Part shown: one piece after another, positions 30,601 to 40,915 of the stretch
Layout of the letters: each line of letters begins with the position of its first letter
Position numbering within the stretch: position 1 is the first letter of the stretch
DNA from: a virus
Strand: one strand, 5' to 3'
Virus record (IMG/VR): IMGVR_UViG_3300032182_000187
Coordinates: 8,497 to 72,496 of that record
Length of the DNA: 64,000 nucleotides
The notes under the pieces: model-generated
The model's database searches: none
Seen by the model: only the letters and a program-made list of their open reading frames with translations
What the model was told of the DNA's origin: nothing
Translations under genes and position numbers: made by a program

Positions 30601-33600
30601 TAGCAAAGGTTTGTTTCAGACCTTCAGATATCTGGATTGGTGGGGAAATATCAAGAATAGATGTACTCTTAATAGTTCTAGTATTACCCTTGATTCTGTC
30701 GAATCCTCTTGCAACACGAACTCTGGGTGGTTCTTCGTAACCATAACCACCCTCAAGTAGAACCAGATCAATTACATTACCACCAGTGGCAATAACCTGC
30801 GCCTTAGCACCACCACCAGCATTTGTGGATGGAATAAACTCAACAATAGGTGGAGTAAAATACTGATACGCAGAAGATTGAATGAGGATGTCATTTTCAA
30901 AATATAGAGTTAGATCCCTACGGTTCCAGTTTAACTTGGTGACAGAACCATTAGCATCAATTTCTGCAGTAATAGCAAGACCTTCACCTCTTACAATATC
31001 ATTGTAATTAGTAGTTTTAATATTTGCGTAGATGTCCTGAGATAGGAACTCATTCTTATTAAACTGCTTAGATTTGACCTTTTCAGGAAGATCTAGGATT
31101 TCTCTATAATCTTTCTCACCATCAATACGAATTAAATCACCAGGGCTGAGGTTAGCATAGATAGAGGACTTGTTTAGATATGCTTGGTATCCTAGTTCAG
31201 TTCCTTTGATCCATGATGGAATATCTAGACCAAGCAGTGGATTTCCATCAGAATCGGTATCGAACTCAACCGATCTTATCTGTACAGGAATATTTCCAGG
31301 TCCAGGTAGGAATCCATTTTCAATCTGAAGTTCAGTTACAGCACCTGTTTTTGGATCACTGAAGATAAAATCTAGATCATCGGATCCATATTTAAGATCG
31401 AAGAAATATGGAGTATTGATTATGAGAGTTAATGTTCTATATGCTGTACCATCAATAACTTCGTCGTCAAATTCGACACGCTTGATTTTGCCAAGAGTAT
31501 CATCTTTTTGATTTAATTTTACATCATTACCTTTTCTATTGATAAACCAGTTTTCTAGATCATTAAGATCGGAAGCAGCAGTAGCGTCTGAAAGAGCATT
31601 AGAGATCTTAACCGTTGCTTCAGCAAGGAAGGTGTCTGGTTCGTAATCAAAGAAAGTTAGGGATTTTTCTTTATCTCTGCCATATAAGAGGAGAACATCA
31701 ACTTTTTGTGGATAAAATGTTCCATCCTCTTCTTCATGATAGTTTAGAGGAGCACTGAATGTAATAGTTGGTCCTACGATATTATAAGACTTACCAGGAA
31801 TTTGTAGAACCCCGTCTACAAAGACGACAGCATATTCTGGGGAATCAACTTTAACAACATCATTAGTAACTTCATCTCTAAGGAGGAATGGACCACCACC
31901 CTTATACTTGATAGTTTGTTCATCAATTACAAGACGAGTATATGAACCTACGCTGTAGATAAAACACTTCTCAGCGATCTTGATGTCATCATCGCTTTCA
32001 TACAATTCACCATGACTAATAGGTGGTTCGGTAAATTGAATTTGGTCAGTTCTATTTGGATCTACAGATCTAATAATTGCATAAGAATTACCGAAAGGCA
32101 CTTCCTCGTCCTTTCTTGCTCTCTGCAAAACGCCATTCAAGGTAACAATTAACTTTTCATTGGGAAGAGTTTTGACAATGCTACCATCTTCATTGTATAG
32201 ATCAAACAAGAATTTAGTTCCATCAAATTGATCACTAATGTCTGCAATCTTTCTGATGTATTGTTCATTAAGATCGTCATCTTTAAATTTAATAGACAGG
32301 CAGTAGAACTTCTGTGCTACAACTTCTTGCCCTTCTGCTATCCTGATTCCAAGAGGAGGTTCTGTAAAGACAATTTTATTACCTTGAACAGTGAAAGATT
32401 CTCCAGGTTCTTGTAATACACCATCTATAGTGACAATCAAACCATTTTCACTATATGGAGCGTATGCAGTGCCAGCTCTTGGATCTATTAAGGTATAAAT
32501 TGTATCTCCATAGAGAACCCCACTATCTTCATTATAGTCGCCATTGAATGGTCTATCTAAGACCAATTCTTTAGCAACTGTCTCTCCTGTATCAAATGTA
32601 TCAACAGAAACAGAACCAATACCACGCTGGACATTAAGACCAGTAGAAAGTAGGATGCTCTGCTTAACAAATTTCTTAGTATCTACAACAGAGATGTTTT
32701 TGGGTTCTAGGTTAATAAAAGAATGTGTTTCAATAACTCTAGACTCTTGAGGCATTCTGGTCTGTGCCTCAGATTCAACCATCATCTCACCAAACAGTTG
32801 GAATCCTGCTGGGTGAGTAGTTTCTCTAATTAAGTCTCTCCAAACTTCAATAGAAGTTTTAGATTTGACAACATAGGAATAATCCTGATAGAAGTAAGAA
32901 TCTGCTAATTTCTGTGAGTTCTTACTGAGTTGACCTCTTTCAGAATTGAATCTACCAAGATTATCTGAATATGTTCTGAGATCTGGTGTGAAATCAGTTA
33001 CAATTTGTCTTACAATATTGGCGGTCTTGCCATCAAAATATCCCTGTATGGGTACATCATTTCTAAAGACGCCGACAACGTTTTCTAGTTTGAGAATATT
33101 GCTTCCACTTCTCCAACCATTCTTAGATACTCTACCTTTGGCAACAACTACACCATTGACAAACTGTTTAATCTCTTCTCCACTGTAAAATTCTGTAGAT
33201 CCAAAATCTTTAAGTGCTAGTGCTAATGTAGAAGTAAATTCTGGTAAAGTAGTGTAGTCTGAAGTATATCCATAACCAGATCTGATGATCTTAGCATTCT
33301 TTGGAGTACCGATATTGTTACTAGTAAAGAACGCCGTTACGTCAGACTCAAATACCTTAATTTCTGCAAAGGTATAATCTTTACCACCATTACGTGTAAT
33401 GATAGACTTGATCTTTCCATTTTCTAGAACACACTCAAATCTTGCTCCAACACCATCACCATTTGTTACAAATGCAACTGGTTTAGAATAGTTTGATCCT
33501 TGATTAATGACACGAACTGATCCAATGCTACCATTACTAGTATCAACAACTGCCTCCAACTCCGCAAGATAATCGTTTGTTGGTAGAATTCCTCTGCAAA

Positions 33601-36600
33601 TAGGAAGATCTGTATAGTTAGATCCAGTATCGATGATATTGAGTTTAGTAATACTACCAATGGCAAAAGCACCAGATGTGGTGTAAGAAATTGATCCAGA
33701 ACCATCATATTGTGGAACCGAGTTCAGTTCATATGCAAATCTATTGGCAGTAGAATAGATTACTCTATGCTCTCCTGCAAGTGGATCTTGAATTACTTTT
33801 AGGGAAGCACCCTCTGTATTAACATCTTCTGATGCTTTAATAAAGTAATAGTAATTGTTGAAATTTACAGGAACTTCATTTTCATATGTATTTGTACTGA
33901 TGTTGGGACCAAATCCCAATTTTAGAGAAACAAAAGATCCAGGTGTTCCAGGTAAATTGGTACTTACAGATTTTTCAGAAGTCAATAAATTATAATTGAC
34001 ACTAGCAGAGAAATCCAAGAACGTATTGTTCATGGAAGAATGACTGGTATCAAAAATGTACTTGTAGTATTTCTGTACTTCAATCTCAGGATTTACCGTA
34101 AAATTAATATTATCTGTACTGAACTCAAGTTTATATTGAGCAGGTTCAATTGATTTAATACGTACAAATTTGGAAGGAGCATTTTGATCAAAGAAAATGC
34201 TACTTTGCAAGAAAGTAATTGGAGATGCAGTTGTATATGAGAATGCTGTAATTAGAGTCTTAGTTTCTCTATCGTATGATACAACATATGGTTTATTGAT
34301 GTCTGCACCTAATGGTTGATAGTTGACATCTAATTTATAGAAAGACTCTTCAATTTCAAGTGGTTGATTATTAAAATGATCGACTGCCTGAGTATTATTC
34401 TGACCTCTTAAAACAGTTACAGTATTATTTTGGCGATCAACGCCAGTTACGGTTACAATTTCTGTGCCAATACGAAGTTTATCATCATTGGAGATATCTG
34501 TTGCAGATGATACATTAATAAGAGTTTCATCTGCTGCAAATCCGACATGATCAACAGAAACTGTTAATCTTGCCGAAGAAGTGGTGTCTACATTTCTGTT
34601 TAAGAAATTGTCCGCAACTGTTAGTACATCCCCTCTTCTGTAACCAGATCCTTTCTCAGTTAATTCAATAAAACTTACACGACCAAATCCGCCGCCAACA
34701 TTATATACGGTAATATTTGCTCTAGCGTTGTTAGGATCTCCAGGTCTTCCAATATTAGTTCTTACTTTAGTCTGATCTTGGAAATATAATTCAACTCCAG
34801 TGTACGTACCTTCTTGATAACCAGCACCACTATTCATGATCACAAATCTACCAACCCCAGTATCATTGATTCTGGAATTAATAACAATATCCTCAATTTG
34901 CACAGTTTGATACAAACGTTTTCTCACATAGTAAGTAGTTGTTGTTAAATTATCATCGGGGAAAATGTTGACGTTAATTTTATCACCAGATCCTAAATTA
35001 TGATTTTCGCTAGTTTGAATTAAACCAATATTATCTTTTATACTTACAATATCAATGTTCTCACTCAAGGAGTTTACAGAAATAACTTGTGATTTAGAAG
35101 TATCCTCAAGAACACTACTCTTTAAGGTATATCCACTATCATTAAAAAAGTCTCCAGAGGTAACTCTTACTTTAACAGAATTTTGCTTAAATGTACCATC
35201 TAATACAACACCAGAACCAAATGTCAAACCAGATTCATCATTTACCAAAGAGAGGATAGCACCTTCCGAATATGTGGCGTCACTAGAAAGTAGTAAATTA
35301 ACAACTCTAATTGTAGCAAAGATAGGTAGTGTAGGATCAAATTCTCCTTCAACTCTTCTAAGCACAACTCTATTGTTATTAACAACATCACCAATTACTT
35401 CACCTTGAATGATATCTCCTTCGACAGCTTGAATAACACGGTACTCGCCGTTAGGTGGTTCGAGAATAAGATCATTAACAACTTTTACGTCAGGAGAATT
35501 TGACAACTCAAATGCACTAACAGTACGAGTATCTGTGATTAGTTCACTTTGAGTAATACCTTCACCTTGATATACAGTATCTCCAGCAAAGAAATACGCC
35601 GAAGTTACTGTGTCAATTACTACAGCATTAGTGCTTTCGGATTCTAAAGCAATTACTTCTTTGCCAGTAACTTCTGAAACTAGTGCTTTAGCGCCAGATC
35701 CACCCGTATTGGTGTTGTCTACAAAAACCTCTCCGCCAACAGAGAAATTTTCTACGGATTGATCTGTATAAATGGAATTTACATTACCCTTAATAACATC
35801 AGCAATAGTTGCTAAGGTGTCAATACCATTAACATCTAGAGCATCGGATCTTAATCTTCGGACGTTCTTTGGAAGATCATCCTGAGTCATTTGGGAATTG
35901 TAGTTAGAATCTACTGGCAGAGAGTAGAAATTCTTACCGAGGATATATGGAAACTTAGGATCTCCACTAGAATCAATAGTTACGAAGTATGCATAAGTTC
36001 CTTGTGGATATTCTGGAGTGACACAGAATCTACCGTTGTTTTCATCAAGTTCAGTTTTTCCACTGTTAATGGTAGGAGTCCATTTCCAGTCATCAATAAA
36101 AGTACCCACTTCATATCGATTAATATCTGGACCATCTGTGCGATTGTTTTGTAGCACATATCCGCTATTCATCCTAGTAATAGTCGATGTAGGATCTCCT
36201 GGTTCGGAATATCCGTAAGGACCATAAATGGGATTGCCATCATACGCCCAACCAATAATAGGTGAGTGTGTATATGGAGCAGAATTTTCCGCAAGAACAT
36301 TATTATTGTTATCACCAAGTCTGTATCTGAGGTTTCCTGGGTTGGCGACTACCGCATAATGCTTACCTCTTCCGCTATACTCATCAAAAGTTAAACCATG
36401 ATTATCATCTAGATCCGCTTGACGTAGTTTGTAGCGATCTTTTATCCATCTTTTGATCTTTGCTTCCGCAACTGCACCACTACCAACAGGGATAACATCT
36501 ACAATTAGACTATTTCTATCGTATAAACGTCCGCCATTGATCTTCTGACAGGAAGCAAGACGACCATCTGTAGTCAATACCGCCTCAAATTCCGCAAACG

Positions 36601-38518
36601 AACCTTTCCCAAGCGCATCAAAAATTCTGATCTGCGGAGGAGATGAGTAATATTCTCCAGGTTCCGTAACAATAATACTCGTAATCTCACCAGAAGTTAC
36701 AATTGGTTTTACTTTTGCTCCTCTACCAGAGGTAATTGTGACATCGGGGTCGCTAGAGTATACATCTTCAATATCAACTCTAACACTTTGAACGACCTCT
36801 CCCGCCATAATAGCGGTTGCTTTATATGGTTCGTTATTAATTAGTACGAAAGGTGGGGATTGATAACCAACACCCTTGTTCTGTATAGTGAGGGTTTCAA
36901 TCTTTCCGCTAGAAATTTCTTCTTCATCTCTGTAACCAACAGCAACAGAACCATCTAAGAAAATAGCAATGTCTCTTCTGCTAGTTTCGTAAATTTCTGT
37001 GGTGTTAGAAGGATATTTTCTTACTAACTTTAAAAATTTGCCATCTATTAAGTTGGTCGGAGAAGACTCTTTTAATAATGAATGATGTGGATAACCACTA
37101 GAACAAATATAGAAATACTGGTCATCTTCATAGATTGCCGAAACATCGCTATTTAACTGACTGATTGCAGCGGATGCGGCAGCATTTAAAGGAGAAGATG
37201 CCTTTCTATAGTTCTCATTAACAAACCAATCAGAAGAGTCAATGGCAGGATGAATAGATTCAAATCCAGGTTTAGAAATCTGAACCTTGTCGCCACTATT
37301 AGAGTAAGGATTTGGGGAACTTGGGTTAATGTTGTAGACAAGACCCAGTGCTAACAGAGTAATAATACCATTTTCTGTTTCTGCAGTAATCCTATCTCCA
37401 CTGTAAACTGGAGTACCTGCAATATGAGTAGTGTTTGGGTTTGATCTATCGGCAAGAATAAACTGAGTTACATTCTTGTCTTTGTACGTAAAAGTCTCGG
37501 TATTGATAACAAATGTTCCAGGAATTCCTTCCCATCCCGCAGTAGAACCAACATCTACTCTGTCATCAGTACCTGAAGCAACTGTAATGTTAGTTTTTAG
37601 TGTGGTTTGAGCAGCAATTTGAAATCTGCCGTTTACAGAACTGGGGGATAAGATAATTTCAAATACATCATTAGAACCACCATATCTAACTGCATCAACA
37701 ACAGCAGATGCATAGTTATCTCCACTACGCTGTACAATTTTTCTACCAACTAAATTATCTGCCTGTCCAAAGAGGATCTTTGCTTTTAAACTGTAATTAC
37801 TGATCCAATCAGAAGTAGATGTTTTTAAAGTAAAGTCCTTTGGATTATATACCTCTGGAACATCCTCTTCATCTTTTGCTACAATAGCGTTGAAGATAAA
37901 CTTAATTGACTTATCAGTACCCTTAGACTTGTAGAAACTACTGATATTCTTAATCAGGGTTCTCTTGTCTACTTCACCCTTGAGATATTTCTCTGGGAAA
38001 CCACCTAGATACTGGGATTCAAAGTTCTTGACTAGAGCATATAAGAACAGGTTACTAATGTTGTAAACTTCATTGTTTACATAATGTGGTTCTGCTTGTG
38101 TCGTAACAAAGTTAGATTCTCCATAAAGATCACCTAATGTGGTGTTTCCACTAACACCTCTACTAACTTCTAAAAATTCTGTATCAGTTCTAGTTTTATA
38201 AAAACAAATCTCGTTTCCAATTTTAATATATCCATTCTCTTCTGGAAATGAAGTTGCATCCTCGACGACGATGGTAGTCGCTGCATCTTGAACAAATTCT
38301 GCAACTCTAGTATACTGTTTTAGTAAATTCTTTTCGTAAAAATTAATGTCACTGTATTTGGTGACATTCGCAATGATGTCTAGAGGTCCGCCTCTGTTTT
38401 CTAAATGCTCGTAATATTTTTCTACAAATTTAGAGAAGTCCTGATATTCACTTGCGATGAAAGCAGGTAACTGACTCTCAATAAGAGTAGAAATATTCCT
38501 AGTCGTAACGGATGCCAT
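27614..38518 (-). CDS. gp7: Baseplate wedge initiator gp7-like giant protein with a YHYH-like domain
   Basis: 3634 aa between gp6 and gp8; ISTLIESQLP, LIKNISSFYKSKGT, DSYFYQDYSYVVKS...HPAGF; HSPIIGWAYDGNPIYGPYG. Confidence 0.85.
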   Translation of the reverse strand: MASVTTRNISTLIESQLPAFIASEYQDFSKFVEKYYEHLENRGGPLDIIANVTKYSDINFYEKNLLKQYTRVAEFVQDAATTIVVEDATSFPEENGYIKIGNEICFYKTRTDTEFLEVSRGVSGNTTLGDLYGESNFVTTQAEPHYVNNEVYNISNLFLYALVKNFESQYLGGFPEKYLKGEVDKRTLIKNISSFYKSKGTDKSIKFIFNAIVAKDEEDVPEVYNPKDFTLKTSTSDWISNYSLKAKILFGQADNLVGRKIVQRSGDNYASAVVDAVRYGGSNDVFEIILSPSSVNGRFQIAAQTTLKTNITVASGTDDRVDVGSTAGWEGIPGTFVINTETFTYKDKNVTQFILADRSNPNTTHIAGTPVYSGDRITAETENGIITLLALGLVYNINPSSPNPYSNSGDKVQISKPGFESIHPAIDSSDWFVNENYRKASSPLNAAASAAISQLNSDVSAIYEDDQYFYICSSGYPHHSLLKESSPTNLIDGKFLKLVRKYPSNTTEIYETSRRDIAIFLDGSVAVGYRDEEEISSGKIETLTIQNKGVGYQSPPFVLINNEPYKATAIMAGEVVQSVRVDIEDVYSSDPDVTITSGRGAKVKPIVTSGEITSIIVTEPGEYYSSPPQIRIFDALGKGSFAEFEAVLTTDGRLASCQKINGGRLYDRNSLIVDVIPVGSGAVAEAKIKRWIKDRYKLRQADLDDNHGLTFDEYSGRGKHYAVVANPGNLRYRLGDNNNNVLAENSAPYTHSPIIGWAYDGNPIYGPYGYSEPGDPTSTITRMNSGYVLQNNRTDGPDINRYEVGTFIDDWKWTPTINSGKTELDENNGRFCVTPEYPQGTYAYFVTIDSSGDPKFPYILGKNFYSLPVDSNYNSQMTQDDLPKNVRRLRSDALDVNGIDTLATIADVIKGNVNSIYTDQSVENFSVGGEVFVDNTNTGGSGAKALVSEVTGKEVIALESESTNAVVIDTVTSAYFFAGDTVYQGEGITQSELITDTRTVSAFELSNSPDVKVVNDLILEPPNGEYRVIQAVEGDIIQGEVIGDVVNNNRVVLRRVEGEFDPTLPIFATIRVVNLLLSSDATYSEGAILSLVNDESGLTFGSGVVLDGTFKQNSVKVRVTSGDFFNDSGYTLKSSVLEDTSKSQVISVNSLSENIDIVSIKDNIGLIQTSENHNLGSGDKINVNIFPDDNLTTTTYYVRKRLYQTVQIEDIVINSRINDTGVGRFVIMNSGAGYQEGTYTGVELYFQDQTKVRTNIGRPGDPNNARANITVYNVGGGFGRVSFIELTEKGSGYRRGDVLTVADNFLNRNVDTTSSARLTVSVDHVGFAADETLINVSSATDISNDDKLRIGTEIVTVTGVDRQNNTVTVLRGQNNTQAVDHFNNQPLEIEESFYKLDVNYQPLGADINKPYVVSYDRETKTLITAFSYTTASPITFLQSSIFFDQNAPSKFVRIKSIEPAQYKLEFSTDNINFTVNPEIEVQKYYKYIFDTSHSSMNNTFLDFSASVNYNLLTSEKSVSTNLPGTPGSFVSLKLGFGPNISTNTYENEVPVNFNNYYYFIKASEDVNTEGASLKVIQDPLAGEHRVIYSTANRFAYELNSVPQYDGSGSISYTTSGAFAIGSITKLNIIDTGSNYTDLPICRGILPTNDYLAELEAVVDTSNGSIGSVRVINQGSNYSKPVAFVTNGDGVGARFECVLENGKIKSIITRNGGKDYTFAEIKVFESDVTAFFTSNNIGTPKNAKIIRSGYGYTSDYTTLPEFTSTLALALKDFGSTEFYSGEEIKQFVNGVVVAKGRVSKNGWRSGSNILKLENVVGVFRNDVPIQGYFDGKTANIVRQIVTDFTPDLRTYSDNLGRFNSERGQLSKNSQKLADSYFYQDYSYVVKSKTSIEVWRDLIRETTHPAGFQLFGEMMVESEAQTRMPQESRVIETHSFINLEPKNISVVDTKKFVKQSILLSTGLNVQRGIGSVSVDTFDTGETVAKELVLDRPFNGDYNEDSGVLYGDTIYTLIDPRAGTAYAPYSENGLIVTIDGVLQEPGESFTVQGNKIVFTEPPLGIRIAEGQEVVAQKFYCLSIKFKDDDLNEQYIRKIADISDQFDGTKFLFDLYNEDGSIVKTLPNEKLIVTLNGVLQRARKDEEVPFGNSYAIIRSVDPNRTDQIQFTEPPISHGELYESDDDIKIAEKCFIYSVGSYTRLVIDEQTIKYKGGGPFLLRDEVTNDVVKVDSPEYAVVFVDGVLQIPGKSYNIVGPTITFSAPLNYHEEEDGTFYPQKVDVLLLYGRDKEKSLTFFDYEPDTFLAEATVKISNALSDATAASDLNDLENWFINRKGNDVKLNQKDDTLGKIKRVEFDDEVIDGTAYRTLTLIINTPYFFDLKYGSDDLDFIFSDPKTGAVTELQIENGFLPGPGNIPVQIRSVEFDTDSDGNPLLGLDIPSWIKGTELGYQAYLNKSSIYANLSPGDLIRIDGEKDYREILDLPEKVKSKQFNKNEFLSQDIYANIKTTNYNDIVRGEGLAITAEIDANGSVTKLNWNRRDLTLYFENDILIQSSAYQYFTPPIVEFIPSTNAGGGAKAQVIATGGNVIDLVLLEGGYGYEEPPRVRVARGFDRIKGNTRTIKSTSILDISPPIQISEGLKQTFATEIIITQTGEAGESLFIFVDLSAAVGNLDTTQQVTIIPAAAASIASMPPASIKESEVAFTGIEKSVSSSVKVVQPAEIDIIRDPIPFTGIQQIESTASVSDTTTQITTILPPTVISEAVHQLDTASINDVGAFLDAPVDLDDNIIFVPDTRRFPKASRLLIGKEIVTYTKTKQDRFMYVERGTFGTEPQTHNAGDYLRHLPELISVVPIGNIEVFSIETSVRVQETQTQATTVTATSFSDVKSVSELEVTTQVERDTQVEHKIEGFFVSEEVIIIPPEFVTPTITTIHNSKSEVKSIIPPAGVEGAVSSGLVTLEDTTLRIVNTFDLGINYDIIVSKQIVSETDYDFSSVTSLKTTVTKTVNSQDQFINVVQRELDFTEVNHSVVIDSKVNDIDSITSILPGVEKLNPFIVSTYATSESNVKAFTTEWKETVQLTQRGAIEDNVSLINVTSDVPTLNVEVLQIETLTEIQKITHTRVTLSEREEVLEALTSASVVGVEVTGVGVEGIVSSARIDTNAIRESLKVLRLDINHELVISTEVVRDPFETDYQQTVTSNFFRVEYEATVVQGGVNIYTDPSVKTVSSQHIIKPQVDVVSDSLLTTTIQSINKQVTIQPAASVAQVDTEYGITRVFYFNAPPLELATIEQVTIANVDRQIAVGTIVEESAETILSSQISVVTNDLSAISSNIVTSTHETNHSVANTVTYDVDTTITAFSTSITDKVDTLETTSSLVTVSKTAEIPAFFTIEPTISSRLTATSTNIVATTRPDEIQHTISITSGLADEQDQQGASREIDYEIGILDFFTELYVLPPKIKTRDQGEFDLNDPINEVFTREQGTILVLNANRERDAFYDGYTVGNAGFTMTGFENNLLIDTGALGVSGDIDTITRMFPDMTIEDFTERHSSSVTMTGERFNMGIPTINEVGSVLSASITNETSLDINNAGPFPDSGVILIGTELIRYTSKSGNTLQDLTRGYEGTTPTAHSAGDYVRTFGSSS

Positions 38519-38523
38519 TTAGA

Positions 38524-40317
38524 TTACTCTTTGTATGCAGTGAACTTACTTTGGGACATATCAACGTCCAGATAAACCTCTCTTAAGGCATTGATGTCAT
38601 TACTTAAAGGACGTACTCTAATAGAAATCTTATTATCTTCAGACGATCCTTTAATAATAGTCAAGTCAGTTAGGACAACTTCACCCTCATCATACTTCAC
38701 ATAACCAGCGTTGTCATTCAACACTAGTTTTAATCCATTAAATTCATCTATTCTATATAGGACGATTCTGCCATCCCTATCTTCAAAATACACGGTGTAG
38801 TCTGGGTACTCGGAGATTCTGAACCCCGTAGATTGGACTGTAGGTCCTTCACATGCCTCATAGAAAGCATTTTGAAAACAAACTTCATAATACGTATTAG
38901 AATTGATGAAAGGATAGAAATCCTTTCTCATCATCACTGTAGTCTGGTTTGAGTTGATTGCTCTGTCTGCATCATCAATTACACCAACAAATTTACTGTA
39001 TCTAAATTTACCATTAAATTTTTCAGTATCAGAAATCTCAATATACTCCTCAATAGAATTTCTAACTTTGCTAATAATTTCTTCTGATAGTAGAGTAGTT
39101 CTCTGCCCATCAAAGAAAACTTTAGAAGTTAACTCAACATACAAGATAGATGGGTCTACGATGTCTGCAATAACAGATCCGACCATGTATTTCTTCAGTT
39201 CTTCCTTGATTTCGCTTTTAACGAAAGAAGAAAGTAAATCACTGTTAGATGGTTTGACAACAATCTTTACTTTACCATATTCAGGTGGTTGCTCTTGCTC
39301 ACCACCATATGTGATGATGTCTGCAACCGCAGGGTAGATATTTCTAACGATAGCAGCATAGTCCTGAGCGGTCACTGCACGGTTCTGTGTGCCGTAAAAG
39401 CGTGGAGCGTTGTACTTGATCTTATCAATGCTTTCAACCGCCTCTCCGCCCGTTGCAGGGGTCACTGAGGTGATTGTGGTGCTCAACTGGTAAGCGTTAC
39501 CGTCTTTATCGTCAATTACACCATTGAAGACAAAAGTTTTTGCTCCGTTTGTCGCAGGACCATTAGAAACAAGATACTGGACCTCAACAAACTGTCCGTT
39601 TTCTAGTTTCTTACCTAGAACACCGTCACCAAAGAAAAGTTCATAATTCTCATCTTCAATTTCATTGATGAAGTATGCATTACTCTGGGAGTTGATATCT
39701 AAGATATTCGCTGCTGGTTTAAAATACTCGAATGCAGTCGATCCTTGCTGTGGATATACCTTGACTCTCATTCTAGCAGTATCTACACCCTGGTTCTGGA
39801 TTAGGTAACGTGTAGATTTGAGTGCTGTGTTGATAACGTAAGAATTTGTAATAAGAGATCCTTCATAGACCTCAACGTTCTGGAAAGTCGCAACACCGTT
39901 CGATACAGGTGCAGATACGTCATCAATCAGGGTATACTGGTACAATGTGCCGTCAAAGACCGTTGTGAAGGCGCTACCTGCCCTTAGAAGAGCGACGGAA
40001 GGTGCCGAGGCACTGAATGTAGCATTGAAGGTTACAAACGCCTTAGGGGCGCTTACAGACTTAGGTGTGTATCCTAGTTGCTTAGCGATTGAAACTACAT
40101 TGTCTCTTAGACTTGCAGAGTCCAAGAACAACTCGTTAACAACTAGATTAGTGTTAAATGCTGTATAATAGGTGTTATAAGCAAGAACGTCCAGCAGGAC
40201 ACTCCAGGTAGATCCTTCAAAATCATAATCAGTGAAATCAGTCTGTGCCCTCAAGTAATCCTTGAGTGCTAACTTGATATCATTGAAATCTAAGTTTGAG
40301 ACTTGTGCGTACGGCAT
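38524..40317 (-). CDS. gp6: Baseplate wedge subunit gp6
   Basis: 597 aa; LDFNDIK...FTDYDFEGS...LAYNTYY...NELFLDSA...LGY; QNRAVTAQDY. Confidence 0.95.
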   Translation of the reverse strand: MPYAQVSNLDFNDIKLALKDYLRAQTDFTDYDFEGSTWSVLLDVLAYNTYYTAFNTNLVVNELFLDSASLRDNVVSIAKQLGYTPKSVSAPKAFVTFNATFSASAPSVALLRAGSAFTTVFDGTLYQYTLIDDVSAPVSNGVATFQNVEVYEGSLITNSYVINTALKSTRYLIQNQGVDTARMRVKVYPQQGSTAFEYFKPAANILDINSQSNAYFINEIEDENYELFFGDGVLGKKLENGQFVEVQYLVSNGPATNGAKTFVFNGVIDDKDGNAYQLSTTITSVTPATGGEAVESIDKIKYNAPRFYGTQNRAVTAQDYAAIVRNIYPAVADIITYGGEQEQPPEYGKVKIVVKPSNSDLLSSFVKSEIKEELKKYMVGSVIADIVDPSILYVELTSKVFFDGQRTTLLSEEIISKVRNSIEEYIEISDTEKFNGKFRYSKFVGVIDDADRAINSNQTTVMMRKDFYPFINSNTYYEVCFQNAFYEACEGPTVQSTGFRISEYPDYTVYFEDRDGRIVLYRIDEFNGLKLVLNDNAGYVKYDEGEVVLTDLTIIKGSSEDNKISIRVRPLSNDINALREVYLDVDMSQSKFTAYKE

Positions 40318-40710
40318 TTATCGTGATCTCTCCAAGAAGAATTCTACGTTTAGTGGTAAATCATCACGACCAATAACTTCAAATTCAAGACTTACTTCAA
40401 AACCATTGTCATCATAGTTGGGGACTACTCTTAGAGACTCGATACGAATTCTTGGTTCGTACTCCTCTAATGTTCTAGTAATCTCAGCTTTGACTAACGC
40501 AGCAGTACCATAATCTAAGGGTTCAAACAGTAAATTGGTGATTCCAGACCCAATTTCAGAATTAAAAAGTCTCTCTCCACGATTGGTCAATAATAAGTTG
40601 ACAACCGCCTGCTTAATAGCAGCATCCCCCTTTACCACGACTAGATCGTCGGTAACGGGATGTGCCTTGAAAGTAATTGAGAGATCTTTAAAAGTCTGAA
40701 ATTGTGGCAC
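40318..40710 (-). CDS. gp25: Baseplate wedge subunit gp25
   Basis: FKDLSITF...HPVTDD...NLLLTNRGERLF...LLFEP...YEPRI; probable GTG start at 40710 (track start 40719). Confidence 0.93.
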   Translation of the reverse strand: MPQFQTFKDLSITFKAHPVTDDLVVVKGDAAIKQAVVNLLLTNRGERLFNSEIGSGITNLLFEPLDYGTAALVKAEITRTLEEYEPRIRIESLRVVPNYDDNGFEVSLEFEVIGRDDLPLNVEFFLERSR

Positions 40711-40731
40711 TGGACACAAAACGTTTCTTAT

Positions 40732-40738
40732 TATTTAG
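40732..40738 (-). promoter_or_regulatory. T4-type late promoter variant (CTAAATA)
   Basis: TATTTAG on + strand just upstream of gp25. Confidence 0.6.
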
Positions 40739-40741
40739 TCC

Positions 40742-40915
40742 TCATTTTCCAACGTATCCGTCGTCCCATTCTGCTTGACTAAGAAACTCATTTAACTTTT
40801 TGTTTTTTTGGCGTTCACTATGCAACCTCAACCAGCGGTCGCTCGCTGGTTGTGATATCAGAGTCATCCCCGCCTCGACGAAAGACTTACTTACATCCGT
40901 TGGACTATTCGCCAT
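40742..40915 (-). CDS. Conserved cyanophage-type small hypothetical protein
   Basis: 57 aa from ATG 40915 (MANSPTDVSKSFVEAGMTLI...). Confidence 0.65.
   Translation of the reverse strand: MANSPTDVSKSFVEAGMTLISQPASDRWLRLHSERQKNKKLNEFLSQAEWDDGYVGK

Noticed and set aside
2505-38518. Inteins or introns explaining the very large ORFs
   Set aside because: No splice-junction or homing-endonuclease motifs were recognised; the size is explained by structural repeats.
40704-40717. GTGGCAC/TGGACAC resembling the early box near gp25
   Set aside because: It has the wrong orientation and spacing and coincides with the gp25 start codons.
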